A DNA stretch of 64,000 bases from Bryobacterales bacterium (GTDB lineage Bacteria > Acidobacteriota > Terriglobia > Bryobacterales > UBA6623): assembly GCA_963422375.2 (NCBI GenBank), contig OY729427.2, positions 1,280,001-1,344,000 of the forward strand, read 5' to 3'. This document shows positions 38,033-49,894 of the stretch, piece by piece. Position 1 is the stretch's first letter, and every line of letters begins with the position of its first letter. Under the pieces are notes generated by a model. That model had not been told where the DNA came from and made no database searches. It saw nothing but the letters and a program-made list of their open reading frames with translations. The translations under genes and the position numbers were made by a program.

Positions 38033-39844
38033 ATGCGCTCCCTGCACTGCCGGCGGCTCGCCGCCCCGGTCGCGCTGGCGCTCCTCGCGACGCTCGCCGC
38101 GGGCTGCAGCTCGGCACCGGACAACCGGCCCAACATCATCCTCGTCATCACCGACGACCAAGGCTTCGGCGACGTGGGCGCTCACGGAAACGCCACCATC
38201 CGCACTCCCAACCTGGACAGACTGCATTCCCAGAGCGTGCGCCTGACCGACTTCCACGTCGATCCGACCTGCTCGCCGACGCGCTCCGCGCTGGTGACTG
38301 GACGCTACTCTTCCCGCACCGGTGTCTGGCACACGATCATGGGGCGGTCCATCGTGCATCGCGACGAGACGACCTTCGCGGACGTCCTCGCGGGGGCCGG
38401 CTACGACACGGCCTTCTTCGGCAAGTGGCACCTCGGCGACTCGGCTCCCTACCGGCCGATCGACCGGGGCTTCCAAGAGGCGGTGTACCACGGCGGCGGA
38501 GGGGTCGGGCAGACCCCCGACTACTGGGGCAACGACTACTTCGACGACACCTACTGGCACAACGGCGCGCCCGTCGCCTACGAAGGCTACTGCACGGACG
38601 TGTTCTTCGACAACGCCCTGCGCTTCATCGACAAACGGGTCGCGGCCGACTCCGGACCGTTCTTCATCTACCTGTCCACCAACGCCCCCCACGGCCCGTT
38701 CCTGGTCGACGAGAAGTACTCGCAGCCGTACGCGGACATAGGCGTGCCGAGCCCGATGGACAAGTTCTACGGGATGATCGAGAACATCGACGAGAACATG
38801 GGACGCCTCGCCGCGCGGCTCGACGAGCGCGGCATCGCCGACAGCACGCTCCTGGTCTTCATGACGGACAACGGCACCGCCGCGGGCGTGACCAACACGC
38901 ATCCGACCCAGCGGGTAGGCTCGACGAACGCCGCGCTGCTGGCGCGCGCCGAGAAGGAGCGCGAGGACGGGCTCTGGCAGGGCTTCAACGCCGGAATGCG
39001 GGGGAGGAAGGGCTCCGAGTACGACGGGGGGCACCGCGTGCCCTTCTTCGTCCGATGGCCGGGCGGCGGAATCGGCGAGCCGCGCGACGTCGCGAACCTA
39101 GCCGCCCACATAGACGTCCTGCCGACCTTCGCCGACATTGCCGGCGCGGTCCACCGTCCCGACCTGGACTGGGACGGCAGCAGCCTCCTCCCCTTGCTGC
39201 GCGGCGAGGAATGGGCCGACCGCACGCTTGCGGTGCATTCGCAGCGGATCCGCTTCCCGGAGCGCTGGCGCAAGAGCGCCGTGATGACGGAGCAGTACCG
39301 GCTGGTTAACGGCACCGAGCTCTACGACATCGAGACCGATCCGGGCCAGCTCGAGGACGTCTCGGCCAGCCGCCCGGAGGTGGTCGCGGCTCTGCGCGAG
39401 GCGTACGGCCAATGGTGGGACAGCATCGACGACCGCTTCGAGCAGCACGTCTACCTGGACATCGGGTCCGACCTCGAGAATCCAGCCCGCATCACGGCCC
39501 ACGACTGGCTGCCCCCGGAGGACTCGATGCAAGTCCCCTGGAATCAAGGGCACGTCCGGAGAGCCCCGGCGGTCAACGGCACCTGGAACATCCAAGTCAC
39601 CCAAGCGGGTAGGTACGAATTCGAACTCTTCCAGCGCGACAGGCCGGCGAACCATCCCATCGAGGCATCCGAGGCGACCCTTCGGGTAGGCGATGCCGAG
39701 GCCAGCGCTCCCGTCGAGGAGGGGGCTTCCAGCGTGCGGCTCATGCTGGACCTGCCTGCCGGGAAGACAACCCTGCATACGCGCTTCGCAACGGCGGACG
39801 GAACCGAGCGCGGGGCCTTCTACGTCTACGCGACGCGCCTGTAA
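38033..39844 (+). CDS. Arylsulfatase (Cys-type), probable lipoprotein
   Basis: AGGAG RBS; lipobox-like LAAGC; PNIILVITDDQG, CSPTR, GKWHLG, TDNG, KGSEYDGGHRVP. Confidence 0.94.
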   Translation: MRSLHCRRLAAPVALALLATLAAGCSSAPDNRPNIILVITDDQGFGDVGAHGNATIRTPNLDRLHSQSVRLTDFHVDPTCSPTRSALVTGRYSSRTGVWHTIMGRSIVHRDETTFADVLAGAGYDTAFFGKWHLGDSAPYRPIDRGFQEAVYHGGGGVGQTPDYWGNDYFDDTYWHNGAPVAYEGYCTDVFFDNALRFIDKRVAADSGPFFIYLSTNAPHGPFLVDEKYSQPYADIGVPSPMDKFYGMIENIDENMGRLAARLDERGIADSTLLVFMTDNGTAAGVTNTHPTQRVGSTNAALLARAEKEREDGLWQGFNAGMRGRKGSEYDGGHRVPFFVRWPGGGIGEPRDVANLAAHIDVLPTFADIAGAVHRPDLDWDGSSLLPLLRGEEWADRTLAVHSQRIRFPERWRKSAVMTEQYRLVNGTELYDIETDPGQLEDVSASRPEVVAALREAYGQWWDSIDDRFEQHVYLDIGSDLENPARITAHDWLPPEDSMQVPWNQGHVRRAPAVNGTWNIQVTQAGRYEFELFQRDRPANHPIEASEATLRVGDAEASAPVEEGASSVRLMLDLPAGKTTLHTRFATADGTERGAFYVYATRL

Positions 39845-39981
39845 GGCCCTTTCCGCACCGCCGAACTACCGACGCGAGCGGGTCCCCGACCCGTGCGGTT
39901 GACGGGCGGATTCACGCCCACTGGCAACGCCCGCAGGCCTTCCGCCGTCATGTCCCGGGTGCTCGACGGAGGCGTGCTAGC

Positions 39982-41595
39982 ATGAGGCCCGTGCTTGAAG
40001 ACACCCTCTCCAGAAGGGACTGGATCCGCCACTGCGCCCAGACATCGACAGGGGCCGCCCTTGCCGCCAAGGCGAACCCAGCTGCTGGCCAAGCCCGCCC
40101 GCCGAGCGAGTACAGCAACTACTTCGGCGACCTGCACAACCACAACCAAGTCGGCTACGCGCAGGGCACTCTGGAGCGCAGCTTCGAGGTGGCGCGGAAC
40201 CACCTGGACTTCTACGCCTTCACGCCGCACTCGTACTGGCCCGATGTCGGCCAGTACGACGGCAAGATCGAATACAAGTGGCGCAACGGCTTCGCCGTGG
40301 CCAAGGCGCGCTGGCCCGACGTCGTGAAGCTGGCCAGGGAATTCGACGATCCCGGCCGGTTCACCACCATCCTGGGCTATGAGCGCCACGGGACCATGGA
40401 GGGGGATTACCACATCCTCTTCCCGGATCTCGAGGGCGACTACGAACTGATCGAGTCGCTGCCGGAGTTGCAGGCTTTCGCCAAGCAGCGCGGCTGCATC
40501 CTAGTGCCGCATCATCCGTCCAATCGCCTGGGCCATCGCGGCACGGCCTCGTCGAGCATTGACCCAGAGGTCTCGCCGGTCCTAGAGATCCATTCCGAGT
40601 GGGGCTGCGCTGAGCACGACCGCGCCCCGCACCCCTACAAGCGGCACACCGAGGGGGGACGCTGGACCCGGCATACGCTGCAGCACTACCTGCGCGAGGG
40701 TCATCGCCTCGGCGTGGTAGCCAGCACGGACGACCATCTCGGCTATCCCGGCGGCTACCGCGAGGGTCTGGCCGTCGTCAAAGCCCGCGAGCTGACCCGC
40801 GACGCCATTTTCGACGCGCTGCGAACCCGACGGACCTACGCGGTTACGGGCGACCGGATCGAACTGGATTTCTGGGTCAACGGGGCGATGATGGGCCGCG
40901 ATATCGGCTATTCCAAGGAGCGCAAGATTCGCGCCAGCGTCCGCGGATGGGATCAGATCGACCGGGTCGAGATCGTGAAGAACGGTCGCGTGATCCACCG
41001 CGACTTTCCGGTTGATCGCGAGCCCGGGGCGAACCGCTGGGACGCCCCAGTGGTCGTGCGGTTCGAGTACGGCTGGGGTCCGTGGCCCGCCCTGGGCTGG
41101 GGCGGAACGGCCGACTGGGACTTCACGCTCGAGGTCGAAGGAGGACGCATCGAGGGATTCCATCCGTGCTTCACGTCGGGGCCGCTGGACGAGTTCCGGC
41201 GGGACAGGATCGTGAAGAGCGACTCCAAGTCGGTACGCGTGCAGTCGTACACCGCGCTGAAGCAGCAGCTCGACGACTACTCCCAGAAGGCCTTGGTGCT
41301 GCGCGTGCGAGGCGATGAGCGGACAAAGGTCACCGTGCGCTGCACCAAGCCGACCAAGTGCTCCCTGACCCAAACGCTCGCGGACCTGTCCCATTCGAAC
41401 GAGATGCTGTTCACACGGCCATTCCCGTGGGAGTCGGCGATGCTGCATCGCATCGTCTTCGGCGCTCAATGGGAGACGTCCTTCGAAACGGAGGACGAGG
41501 GGGACGGCTCCGCGACCGACTGGTATTACGCCCGCGTCTTCGAGTCCAACGGGGAACTCGCGTGGTCCAGCCCGGTCTGGGTGGGTTCGGCGTAG
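39982..41595 (+). CDS. PHP-fold metallohydrolase (DUF3604-like) with twin-arginine-like signal
   Basis: SRRDW; FGDLHNH, PHH, EIHSEWG, STDDHLGYPG. Confidence 0.75.
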   Translation: MRPVLEDTLSRRDWIRHCAQTSTGAALAAKANPAAGQARPPSEYSNYFGDLHNHNQVGYAQGTLERSFEVARNHLDFYAFTPHSYWPDVGQYDGKIEYKWRNGFAVAKARWPDVVKLAREFDDPGRFTTILGYERHGTMEGDYHILFPDLEGDYELIESLPELQAFAKQRGCILVPHHPSNRLGHRGTASSSIDPEVSPVLEIHSEWGCAEHDRAPHPYKRHTEGGRWTRHTLQHYLREGHRLGVVASTDDHLGYPGGYREGLAVVKARELTRDAIFDALRTRRTYAVTGDRIELDFWVNGAMMGRDIGYSKERKIRASVRGWDQIDRVEIVKNGRVIHRDFPVDREPGANRWDAPVVVRFEYGWGPWPALGWGGTADWDFTLEVEGGRIEGFHPCFTSGPLDEFRRDRIVKSDSKSVRVQSYTALKQQLDDYSQKALVLRVRGDERTKVTVRCTKPTKCSLTQTLADLSHSNEMLFTRPFPWESAMLHRIVFGAQWETSFETEDEGDGSATDWYYARVFESNGELAWSSPVWVGSA

Positions 41596-41946
41596 CGCAG
41601 CGGCGCACAGGTACTTCCGGCACAGGGCGCCTATTCGCAACTGCCTGACGGAAGGCTCGGAGGAGCGACGTAGACCTGTGGGCAGCCGGGGTGGCGGTCT
41701 GCCTGCTTGCGGCCCCAGCTGCGGGTACCGGCACGGGGCGACTGCGACGCCAGCGTTCGCAGCGGCAGTAGGGATGCTTGGCTTGCTAATCCATGTCGTC
41801 CACCTAGCCGAGCTAGCCGAGACAGTTGGCTCGGTACGAACCGGAGGCCACTCCCCAAGCTCCTGCCAGGACACTTGGCCCTCTCGGACACTCCGGCCTA
41901 ATTCTCAACGGATGAATCGTGACGCGAATCACGAAGGGAATAGAAT

Positions 41947-41985
41947 GGGAATTACATATCTGAGTGCCGACAACGCCATGTCCGA
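41947..41985. mobile_element. Orphan terminal IR of IS1595-family element B
   Basis: GGGAATTACATATCTGAGTGCCGACAACGCCATG nearly identical to 44490-44523. Confidence 0.85.
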
Positions 41986-43159
41986 ACCAACTCCATCACG
42001 CAGGGTGAGCAGGTCGCGCAGATATGGCCGGCGCTGTTCGGGCGCTGCAAGCTGGAGATCGCCTTCGCGCATCGGACCTTCGCATGGGGTTCGGACGCGC
42101 GCGGGAAGGCGCATGTGCATGTCGTCATTCTCGGCCTCGACCGGCGCAAGGCCGCGCGAGCCGAGAAGCGGTTGTTCAGCTATCCCGATATCAACGGCGA
42201 CCCGGAAGAGAGCAGCCATGGCGCGCTGTCGCCGTACCTGTTCGATGCAGGCGGGCTGTCCGACCCGCATCTGGTGGTGCGGGAGGAAAACGCGCCGATC
42301 AACGGCATGGGCCGATTGATTATCGGCTCCAAGCCCATCGACGGAGGCAACTTCATCTTCGACACGGCGGGACGCGATGCGTTTCTGGAAGCCGAACCGG
42401 AGGCCGTGCCGTGGCTCCGACCGTTCATCGGGGCACGGGAATACTTGCAGGGAGGCGAGCGCTGGATTCTGGCGCTGCACGATGCACCGCCTGAAGTTCT
42501 TGCGCGGCTACCGGGAGTGCGGGAGCGAATCGCCGCCGTCCGCGCCTACCGCGATGCCAGCAAGAGCGCGCCGACGCGGAAGCTCGCGGCGACGCCGACG
42601 CTCTACCACGTCAACGTTATCCCGACCACACCATTTCTGGTGATTCCGAAGGTCAGTTCGGAGCGGCGCGAATACGTGCCGGTGGGTTGGCTGGAGCCGC
42701 CGACCGTCCCCAGCGATCTGGTGTTCGTCCTTCAGGACGCTTCGCTGGTCGATTTCGCCCTCCTGACCTCGGCCATGCACATGGCGTGGCTGCGCCACGT
42801 CGGCGGGCGGCTGAAGAGCGACTACCGCTATTCCATCGGCCTCGTCTACAACACCTTCCCGACACCGCCCGAAGGCGCGGACCTGTCGAAGCTGGCACCG
42901 CTCGCCCAAGCCGTGCTCGACGCCCGCCGACCTCTACGCCCCCGACCTCATGCCGCCCACCCTGCGCCGCGCCCACCAAGCCCTCGACCGCGCCGTGGAC
43001 CGCCTCTATCGGCGCGTTGGATTCGCTTCCGAGCGCGAGCGAGTGGAGCATCTGTTCGGTCTGCATGAGAAGATGATGTCTCCGCTGGAAGCGGAGACGA
43101 AAACACGTTCGAGACGCCGGACAAAGATCAAGCGAATGGAGCAAGGGACAACCTCATGA
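41986..43159 (+). pseudogene. C-terminal fragment of an MmeI-like (Type IIL/YeeA) restriction-modification enzyme
   Basis: TNSITQGEQV..W, FAHRTF.W, VHVVI.G, VSSERREYVP.G, GRLKSDYRYS..VYNTFP, LRRAH..LDRAVD; 5' end cut at the IS IR; frameshift near 42925. Confidence 0.88.
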
Positions 43160-43174
43160 CGGGACATGATGCTT

Positions 43175-44274
43175 CCCGATTACCAACGAACGTCAGCCGA
43201 GGATATGCAATACTGGAGGAGGTCGGAAATCTCTGACAGAAAAGGGGATAGCAGATGAAACGCAATCGCGTGCAATTCCAGAAGGGACTCAGTCCGGGCA
43301 AGTTCCTGCAGCGCTACGGCAGCGAGGGGCCATGCGAGCACGCCGTCTGCAACGCCCGCTGGCCGGACGGCTTCCGCTGCCCGGAGTGCCCGGAGAGTGC
43401 GGCTCCCGACGGCACTGCCGCATCCGCTCCCGCAAGCTCTGGCAGTGCCATGCCTGCCACCGCCGGACCTCCCTCGTCGCCGGCACGATCTGCGCCGCCA
43501 CCCAGCTGCCGCTGACCGTCCGGTGCCTGGCGATCCACCTGCTGACGCAGGGCCAGCACGGCGTTGCGTCGCTGGCACTGGCGCGGCAGCTGGGTGTGAG
43601 CCAGAACACGGCTGGGAAGGCTTGGAAGGTGCAGCACAAGCTCCTGCCAGTGATGAAGGAGCGCGACGAGCGCGTGCCGCTGGGCGGCATCGTGCAGGTG
43701 GACGACGCCTACTGGGGCGGGGAGCGGACCGGCGGCCAGCGCGGGCGCGGCGGGCAAGACGCCGTTCGTCGCCGCCGTGCAGGTCACCGTGCAGGTCACC
43801 GTGCAGGTCACCGCCGCCGGCCAGCCGGCAAGGATGCGCAGGAGCAGCGTGGCGGGCTGCCGCAAGCAGACGCTGGCAGCGTGGGCCGGGCGGCACTTAC
43901 AGCCCGGCACGGAGGTGCCTGCCGACGGCCTGGCCTGCTTCCGGGGCGGGGCCGACGCCGGCTGCGAGCACGTGCCGACCGTCACCGGAGGCGGGCAGCG
44001 GAGCTGCGGGGATTCCCGCTTCGTCTGGGTTCGTCCGGGTCCACACGATGCTGGCGAACGGCAAGCAGTCCCTGGCGGGAACCTGCCATGCGCTCGACGG
44101 CAAGCACGGCAAGCACCTGCCGCGGTACCTCGCCGAGTGCTGCTACCGCTTCAACCGCCTCAACCGCCGCTACGATCTGCAGGCGCTGGTCCCCCGCCTG
44201 CTCCACGCCTCCGGGCGCACCCCGCCCATGCCTTACCGCCTCCTAACCTTGGCTCAGTCTTGTGGGTAATCAGG
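43175..44274 (+). mobile_element. IS1595-family element A, copy 3 (heavily degraded)
   Basis: IRs CCCGATTACC/GGTAATCAGG; homologous to 9520-10547; many micro-duplications; flanks do not match. Confidence 0.92.
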
Positions 44275-44489
44275 AATCTGATTCTCAAGCTTCGTGGCCA
44301 GTGTCAGCAATTCAATTCCACAACACAGAGTATCCTTGTCGTTCTTGACCTGCTTCCAACCGTGTCCCTTGCAAAGTTCAATCCAAAGCGATCATGGTAT
44401 GTGTCCTAGCCCGCATTATTCACGAATGCGGCGCAGGCCCATGGATCCAGTGTCTGGGCCCTCGATGGCCGCCCAATCTGCTTCCGAAA

Positions 44490-46055
44490 GGGAATTATAT
44501 ATCTGAGTGCCGACAACGCCATGCCCGACGAGAACTGCTCTGAGCAGGGAGGTCGGCGTCTGACTCGGGTCATTCGAATGCGGCCGCGGTAGGCACAGCA
44601 AGGTGGGATCGTATCTGAATCGAACCTGCCAGCGGAATGGACGAGGCACGGATAAGAGAGGCCCCCTCGCATGCCCCGGTGGAATCCGGTTGGCGGTGGA
44701 GGGCACCCCTTGCAAGCCGCTTGCATGCCCTCCGAGGGCCGAAGACAGCGGATTCCCGGCGCTCGACGGCCTGCATGAACGGTGCGGGCCGGACGCGGGT
44801 CGCGCCGGGGGATTCCAGATCCGGCGCGCCCCTCGCACCGAGCGTGAAGCGCACCGAGCGTGAAGAGTGCGTCGGCAGCGGGCTGCGGCGCTCGGCTCGG
44901 AGGGCGCCGCTCAGGCCGCGACTGCGGCCTTGCCGGTCAGCTGCCGGCAGGTCAGCGTCCGGCCGACCAGGCCCCGCGCCATGCGCCGCATCCGTTCCGC
45001 CGTGTCGCAGTCGCGGTCGTTCCGCCGTGTCGCAGTCGCGGTCGTTCCGCCGTGTCGCAGTCGCGGTCGTTGCGCCGTCCCGCGAACTCCGTGAGGTAGC
45101 GGCCGAGATGACGGACGCTCATCCGGTGATAGGTTCCGTACAGGCCGCGCTTGAACAGGGACCGGAACGATTCGATGCCGTTCGCATGCGCTGCCCCGCG
45201 CACGTACTCGCCGCCGGAGTGCCTGACGGCTTCGTGCGGGAACTCCTCCATGCCGGCGCAGGCCGCCGCCTCGTCGGAGCGGACCTGCGCGCCCGGCGCG
45301 ACCCGGCCGCGCGCGAAGCCCTGCAGGTCGCCCTTGGCGGTGCCCGGCAGCGGCCGCGCGGCCACTGCGTTCGTGGCGCGGTCCCGCGCCCCCGCCACCG
45401 GGGTCTTGCCGACGGGCCCGCGCCCGGCGCGGGCCTTCTTCCTCTCGCGCTTGTTGCGCTCCTTGCCGCCGACGTAGGTCTCGTCCACCTCCACCGGGCC
45501 GGCGAACAGGCCCCGATGCCGCTCCCGGCACGCGCGGATGCGGTGCGCCAGGTGCCAGGCCGACTTCCGGCTGATGCCCGGGTCGCGGTGCAGCTTCATA
45601 CTCGAGACGCCCTTGATGCCGGTAGTCAGCAGGAACAGGGCGACGGCCCGGGTGCGGTAGCCGAGCTTGGTGTCGGCCATCACGCTGCCGGTGCGCACGG
45701 AAAAGCGCCTGCCGCAGCCGCGGCAACGGTACGGCATCGAAGGGTGGGCCGTGCCGGACTGCACGCTGGAGCCGCGCCAGCGGGGGCATGCCGGACCGTC
45801 CGGCCAGCGCATGGAGGCGAACCACTTTTCCGCGGATTCGTCATCGCGGAACATGGCGATCACTTCAATCAGAGTGATGCCTTTACGAAACCACTTCCCG
45901 GGACCTTTCTGCTTCATAGACGACCTCATATATTGGAACTATTCTATCAAAATAATTCACCGACTGTCAACAGATCTCCGGAAGAAATATGAAATTAATT
46001 TATGGACTGATAATTTGCAAAATCGCTTGCCTCGGCACTCAGATATATAATTCCC
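44490..46055 (-). mobile_element. IS1595-family element B (ISPna2-like) nested in the IS1380; transposase 44911-45917, frameshifted
   Basis: 24-bp perfect IRs GGGAATTATATATCTGAGTGCCGA; 8-bp TSD TTCCGAAA; VEVDETYVGG, HS.GEYVRG..H.NGIESF, YL.EF..R.N. Confidence 0.95.
44993..45067. repeat. 25-bp perfect tandem triplication
   Basis: CGTTCCGCCGTGTCGCAGTCGCGGT x3, frameshifting the transposase C-terminus. Confidence 0.95.
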
Positions 46056-48322
46056 TTCCGAAACGCCTGCGGGCGGGGAATGCGGGGCTTGCGGGCCGCG
46101 GACACCTCCTCGGCGGCACCCGCCCGGAGGGCAGGCACGGTTTCCCCCGGCGCCTGCCGACACTCTCCGGATGGACCCGGCCCGGCGTCATATCGGCACG
46201 GCCCCCAAGCCCCGCGCCACCACACACCCAGGCGTCCCGGAACGGTGCCGTCCGCGGCACTCGCAGCACGATCCGCTTCGCCGTGGCCGCGACCCGCGCC
46301 CCCGGCTTCGGCAGGCCGAGGCGCAACCCGTCCACCCGGCGCTTCCGCAGCGGCGTGTCCCGCGCCTGCCAGCGCAGTTCCTGCATGATCACGCAGGCCG
46401 CCGCCGCGAGCGGCACGCGGAACTGGCTCGCCGCGAAGCTCGAGCAGCTGGCGCGGTCCATCCGCATCCCGTGCTCGAGCTCCTTGACGCGGTTCTCCAC
46501 GTCCCCGCGCAGGCAGTGGATCCGCTCGCAGAGGCGCTGCGGGCTGCCGCCCGCGTTGGTCACCACGTAGCGCGGGTTCCACTGCGGGGCGCGCCCGGGA
46601 AACTCGCTCGCGTCCGCCTTGACGATCACCCGCCGCGCCCGCGACCGGCGGCCCGCCCGCTAGACGAACTGTCCGTACAGCGGGCCCGGGTTCTTGCCCG
46701 CGTCCTCCGCGCCCGGCCGGCCCCCCTGCGTGCCGGCTCCCAGCCGCGCGTACTTCGCCCGCAACTGCTCCAGCCGGGACGGCGGGTCCCCCGCGGCCGC
46801 CGCTGCCCCGCCGGGGTCCGTGCCCGGCGTGCCGCCGGGCGCGCGCCGGGCCTCGACGGCCGCCCGCAACGGGGCCGCGCGCCGCTCCGGCACCGCGTTC
46901 TTCTGCATGCACGCCACGCACTCCAGGCCCTCGCGCTCGCCATAGGCCGGCAGCTCGTCCCCTTGGAAGCCCGCGTCCAGGCGCAGGCGCAGCGTCGCCC
47001 GCGGGAAGAATTCCCGCAGCAGCGGCAGCAAGCCCTCCGCGGCGGCGGCCGTGCCCGAGCGCAGCAGCGCCGCCACGAGATGCCGCTCGCGCTCGTCGTC
47101 GCAGCGCACCACGCCCACCAGCGGCAAGTAGCAAGGCAAGTAGCAAGGCGTGTCGCAGAAGCCGTTGCACAGCGCCAGCTGCCGGCCCCCGTGCGTCGGG
47201 TCGCAGGTCGGGTCGAAGTCCAGCTCGACGATGCTCGACGATCCTGGTCTCGGGGCGCCGCTCGTGCTGGCGCCGCACGACGCAGCGGGCCAGTACCGCG
47301 GACAGCGCGCTCGGCGCGTCCGCGGTGACGGCGTTCTCGAAGCGCGACAAGGTGGGCCGGGACGGCAGGTCGCGACCCTGCCAGGGTCGCGCCCGAGCGG
47401 CAGCTTGAACACGGGGTCGCCGCCGAGGCGCCCGGCGTCGTTGCAGTCCTCGTAGCCGCAGGCGAGGCCGTAGATGCGCTGGCGGAGCCTGTCCGCGCGG
47501 GAGTGCAGCACCTCGGAGGGCTGGCGCCGGTCGCGCAGGCAGTCGGCGAACGCCGCGGTGAGGCCGGGAGCGCGGTCGGCGGCCTCGACCGGGACAGCGC
47601 CGCCGTCGGAGCTGCTGCGCTCGTGATCGAAGCGGACGGCGACGGGGCGACGGCGCGGATTGCGGAATAGAACGCCTTGGGAGCCTGCGGCTGCGACCAT
47701 GTATTCATTATAACCTACCGGATGAAAACCACTTCAATATATAAAGTTGGATCTCAATCGGACCGGGCCGGGGCTGCCGCCGGGGATCGCAGGGCACTCC
47801 CAGGAGTGAGGATCGCGCTGGACCGGGGGCCCTCACGGCCCGGGCGGAGGGACCGGACTATGGCCCTCCGGGCTACTCATGAATTATCCGGGCTAGGAGC
47901 CGGGACCGTGATCGCTCTTGGCCGGAACATTCACCCGGATGCCACGAGTGCGAGACCCTGCGCTGCCTCTGCGTCGCCGGTCTCTCCGTTGCCGGGACCG
48001 CGACCATGCTCGGCCACGCGCCAGCAGGATCTGCAGTTGGGTCCGTGCGTCGAGGGGATCGGCCCGGCTGCGAGCCTTGCCCTAGCGGCGAATGCGTTCG
48101 GGGCACCTGAGCAACCTGTCTGGGTTCAACGCACCTTAGTCAGGTCACGAGTTGGGTGTTCCAAGCCGATTCGGGTCTCGGGGAGGGTGCTCAGCGCCGA
48201 AACGGATCAGGTCATGACGGTCATGTATGATAAGATCATTAGGAATCGGACACTGGGGCGGGGCCGAACTGGATCGAGATCCGATGTTCCGGTCGAGTCC
48301 TGCAGCGAGAAGGGAGGCAGCA

Positions 48323-48580
48323 ATGAGCGTCATGGTGGCGGAGGTCTACAGGGCCTTGCTGAGCGCGGGCGCGGACGAGGAGCTGGCGCGGGAGGCGGCC
48401 TTGGCAGTGCCTGGCACTGGCGACTTGGCAACGAAAGCCGACTTGAAGGATCTGGAGCTGCGCTTGGGGGCTGACATCAAGAAGCTTGAGCTGCGGTTTG
48501 GGCGGGACATGGCGGTCTTGAAATTCGCCTACGGACCAGTAATCATTGCGCTGCTGGTCAAGCTGGCGTTCTTCCCCTGA
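48323..48580 (+). CDS. DUF1640/CCDC90-like membrane-anchored coiled-coil protein, 85 aa (2 hendecads)
   Basis: GGAGG RBS; head VYRALL.AGA.EE.A, neck LATKADL, stalk, C-terminal TM. Confidence 0.85.
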   Translation: MSVMVAEVYRALLSAGADEELAREAALAVPGTGDLATKADLKDLELRLGADIKKLELRFGRDMAVLKFAYGPVIIALLVKLAFFP

Positions 48581-49555
48581 GTTCGCGGTCTAGCTCTCCA
48601 CGCACTAGCATGCGGCCTCTAGTGCCCTAAGCGGAATGGGCTATGTGAGGGACAGCCGTCGGCACGCGCGCTGTCGGCTGACCGCCCTTCTCACCAATTC
48701 CAAGGGTTCCTAGGCCCAGTCTCCGTGGCCGCTGTTCACTGTCTGGGGGTAGCTGCCGAAACGCAAGTCTTGGTGTAAGTGCTTCCTGGGAGGGTTGCGG
48801 TCCCAACTCATCGGGGCTCCTGTGGAACACTCCCTCCGAGAAATGAGGAGTTGAGTGCTCCAAGCCGAGTCGAGTCAGGCCAAGACCGTCACATGAGATG
48901 AGATCAACGGGAATCGAGGACTGGCTCCGGCCCCCGGGGCGAGCTGGATCGGGAATCGGCGTTCCGCCCGGAGGCTGCCGAGAGCAAGTGCTTGCGTGGA
49001 GACAGCAATGAGCGTCGTGGTGGCGGGGGTCTACAGGGCCTAGCCGAACGCGGTCGCAAACGAGAATTTGGCGTGGGAAGCCTATCCTAGTCTCCCGTTG
49101 AGCTTGGATGAAACGCGGCTGTTCAATTACATTTCTCCCGAGTTGAGGCAAGAAGTCAAACGCGCATCTCACTGTTCAATCTTAGGATGAAAAGGAGAGA
49201 TTGTGACTTCCGGAAAACGGCGATTTATCCCGTCACATATTCCAACCATCTGGTTATGAACTTAGCTCTAGCATGCTCAAATTCTACCCTGCTCCCGGAG
49301 GTTTCAGGCGATGGGAAGCAATTCTAAGGGAGTGCCGAGGTTCAAGAACGCGCCTCGAGATCGCCCAGCATAGGGCGTTACACCATCTTGCGACCTAAAT
49401 CACGACTTCTGGTGGCTGCTGGAGCCAAGTGCATAGCTAGAATGAGGACATCTGATTCTCTAGCTTCGTGTTCAGCGTCAGAACTTCAATTCCACAACAC
49501 CGAGTATCCTTGTCGTTCTTGATCTGCTTCCATCCGTGCCCCTTGCATAGTTCAA

Positions 49556-49894
49556 CCTGATTACCAACGAACGTCAGCCGAGGATATGCTATACTGAAGC
49601 AGGTCGGAAATCTCTGACAGGAAAGGGGATAGCAGATGAAACGCAATCGCGTGCAATTGCAGAAGCGACTCAGCCTGGGCAAGTTCCTGCAGCGCTACGG
49701 CAGCGAGGAGCCATGCGAGCACGCCGTCTTCAACGCTCGCTGGCCGGACGGCTTCCGCTGCCCGGAGTGCGGCTCCCGACGGCACTGCCGCATCCGCTCC
49801 CGCAAGCTCTGGCAGTGCCATGCCGCAATGCCTGCCACCGCCAGACCACCCTCGTCGCCGGCACGATCTTGGTCGCCACCCAGCTGCCGCTGAC
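49556..49894 (+). mobile_element. IS1595-family element A, copy 4 (left part only)
   Basis: IR CCTGATTACC and MKRNRVQ N-terminus; empty site present in repeat unit 3 (51717-51730). Confidence 0.9.

Larger units (their letters stand above)
44410..47892 (-). mobile_element. IS1380-family element, copy 2 (complete ends; transposase pseudogene ~46188-47708)
   Basis: IRs CCCGCATTATTCACGA / (rc) CCCGGATAATTCATGA; TSD CTAG at 44406-44409 and 47893-47896; SSDGG, GYEDCND. Confidence 0.92.

Noticed and set aside
44993..45067. 25-bp repeats as a mini CRISPR array
   Set aside because: Directly tandem with no spacers, inside a transposase gene, no cas genes
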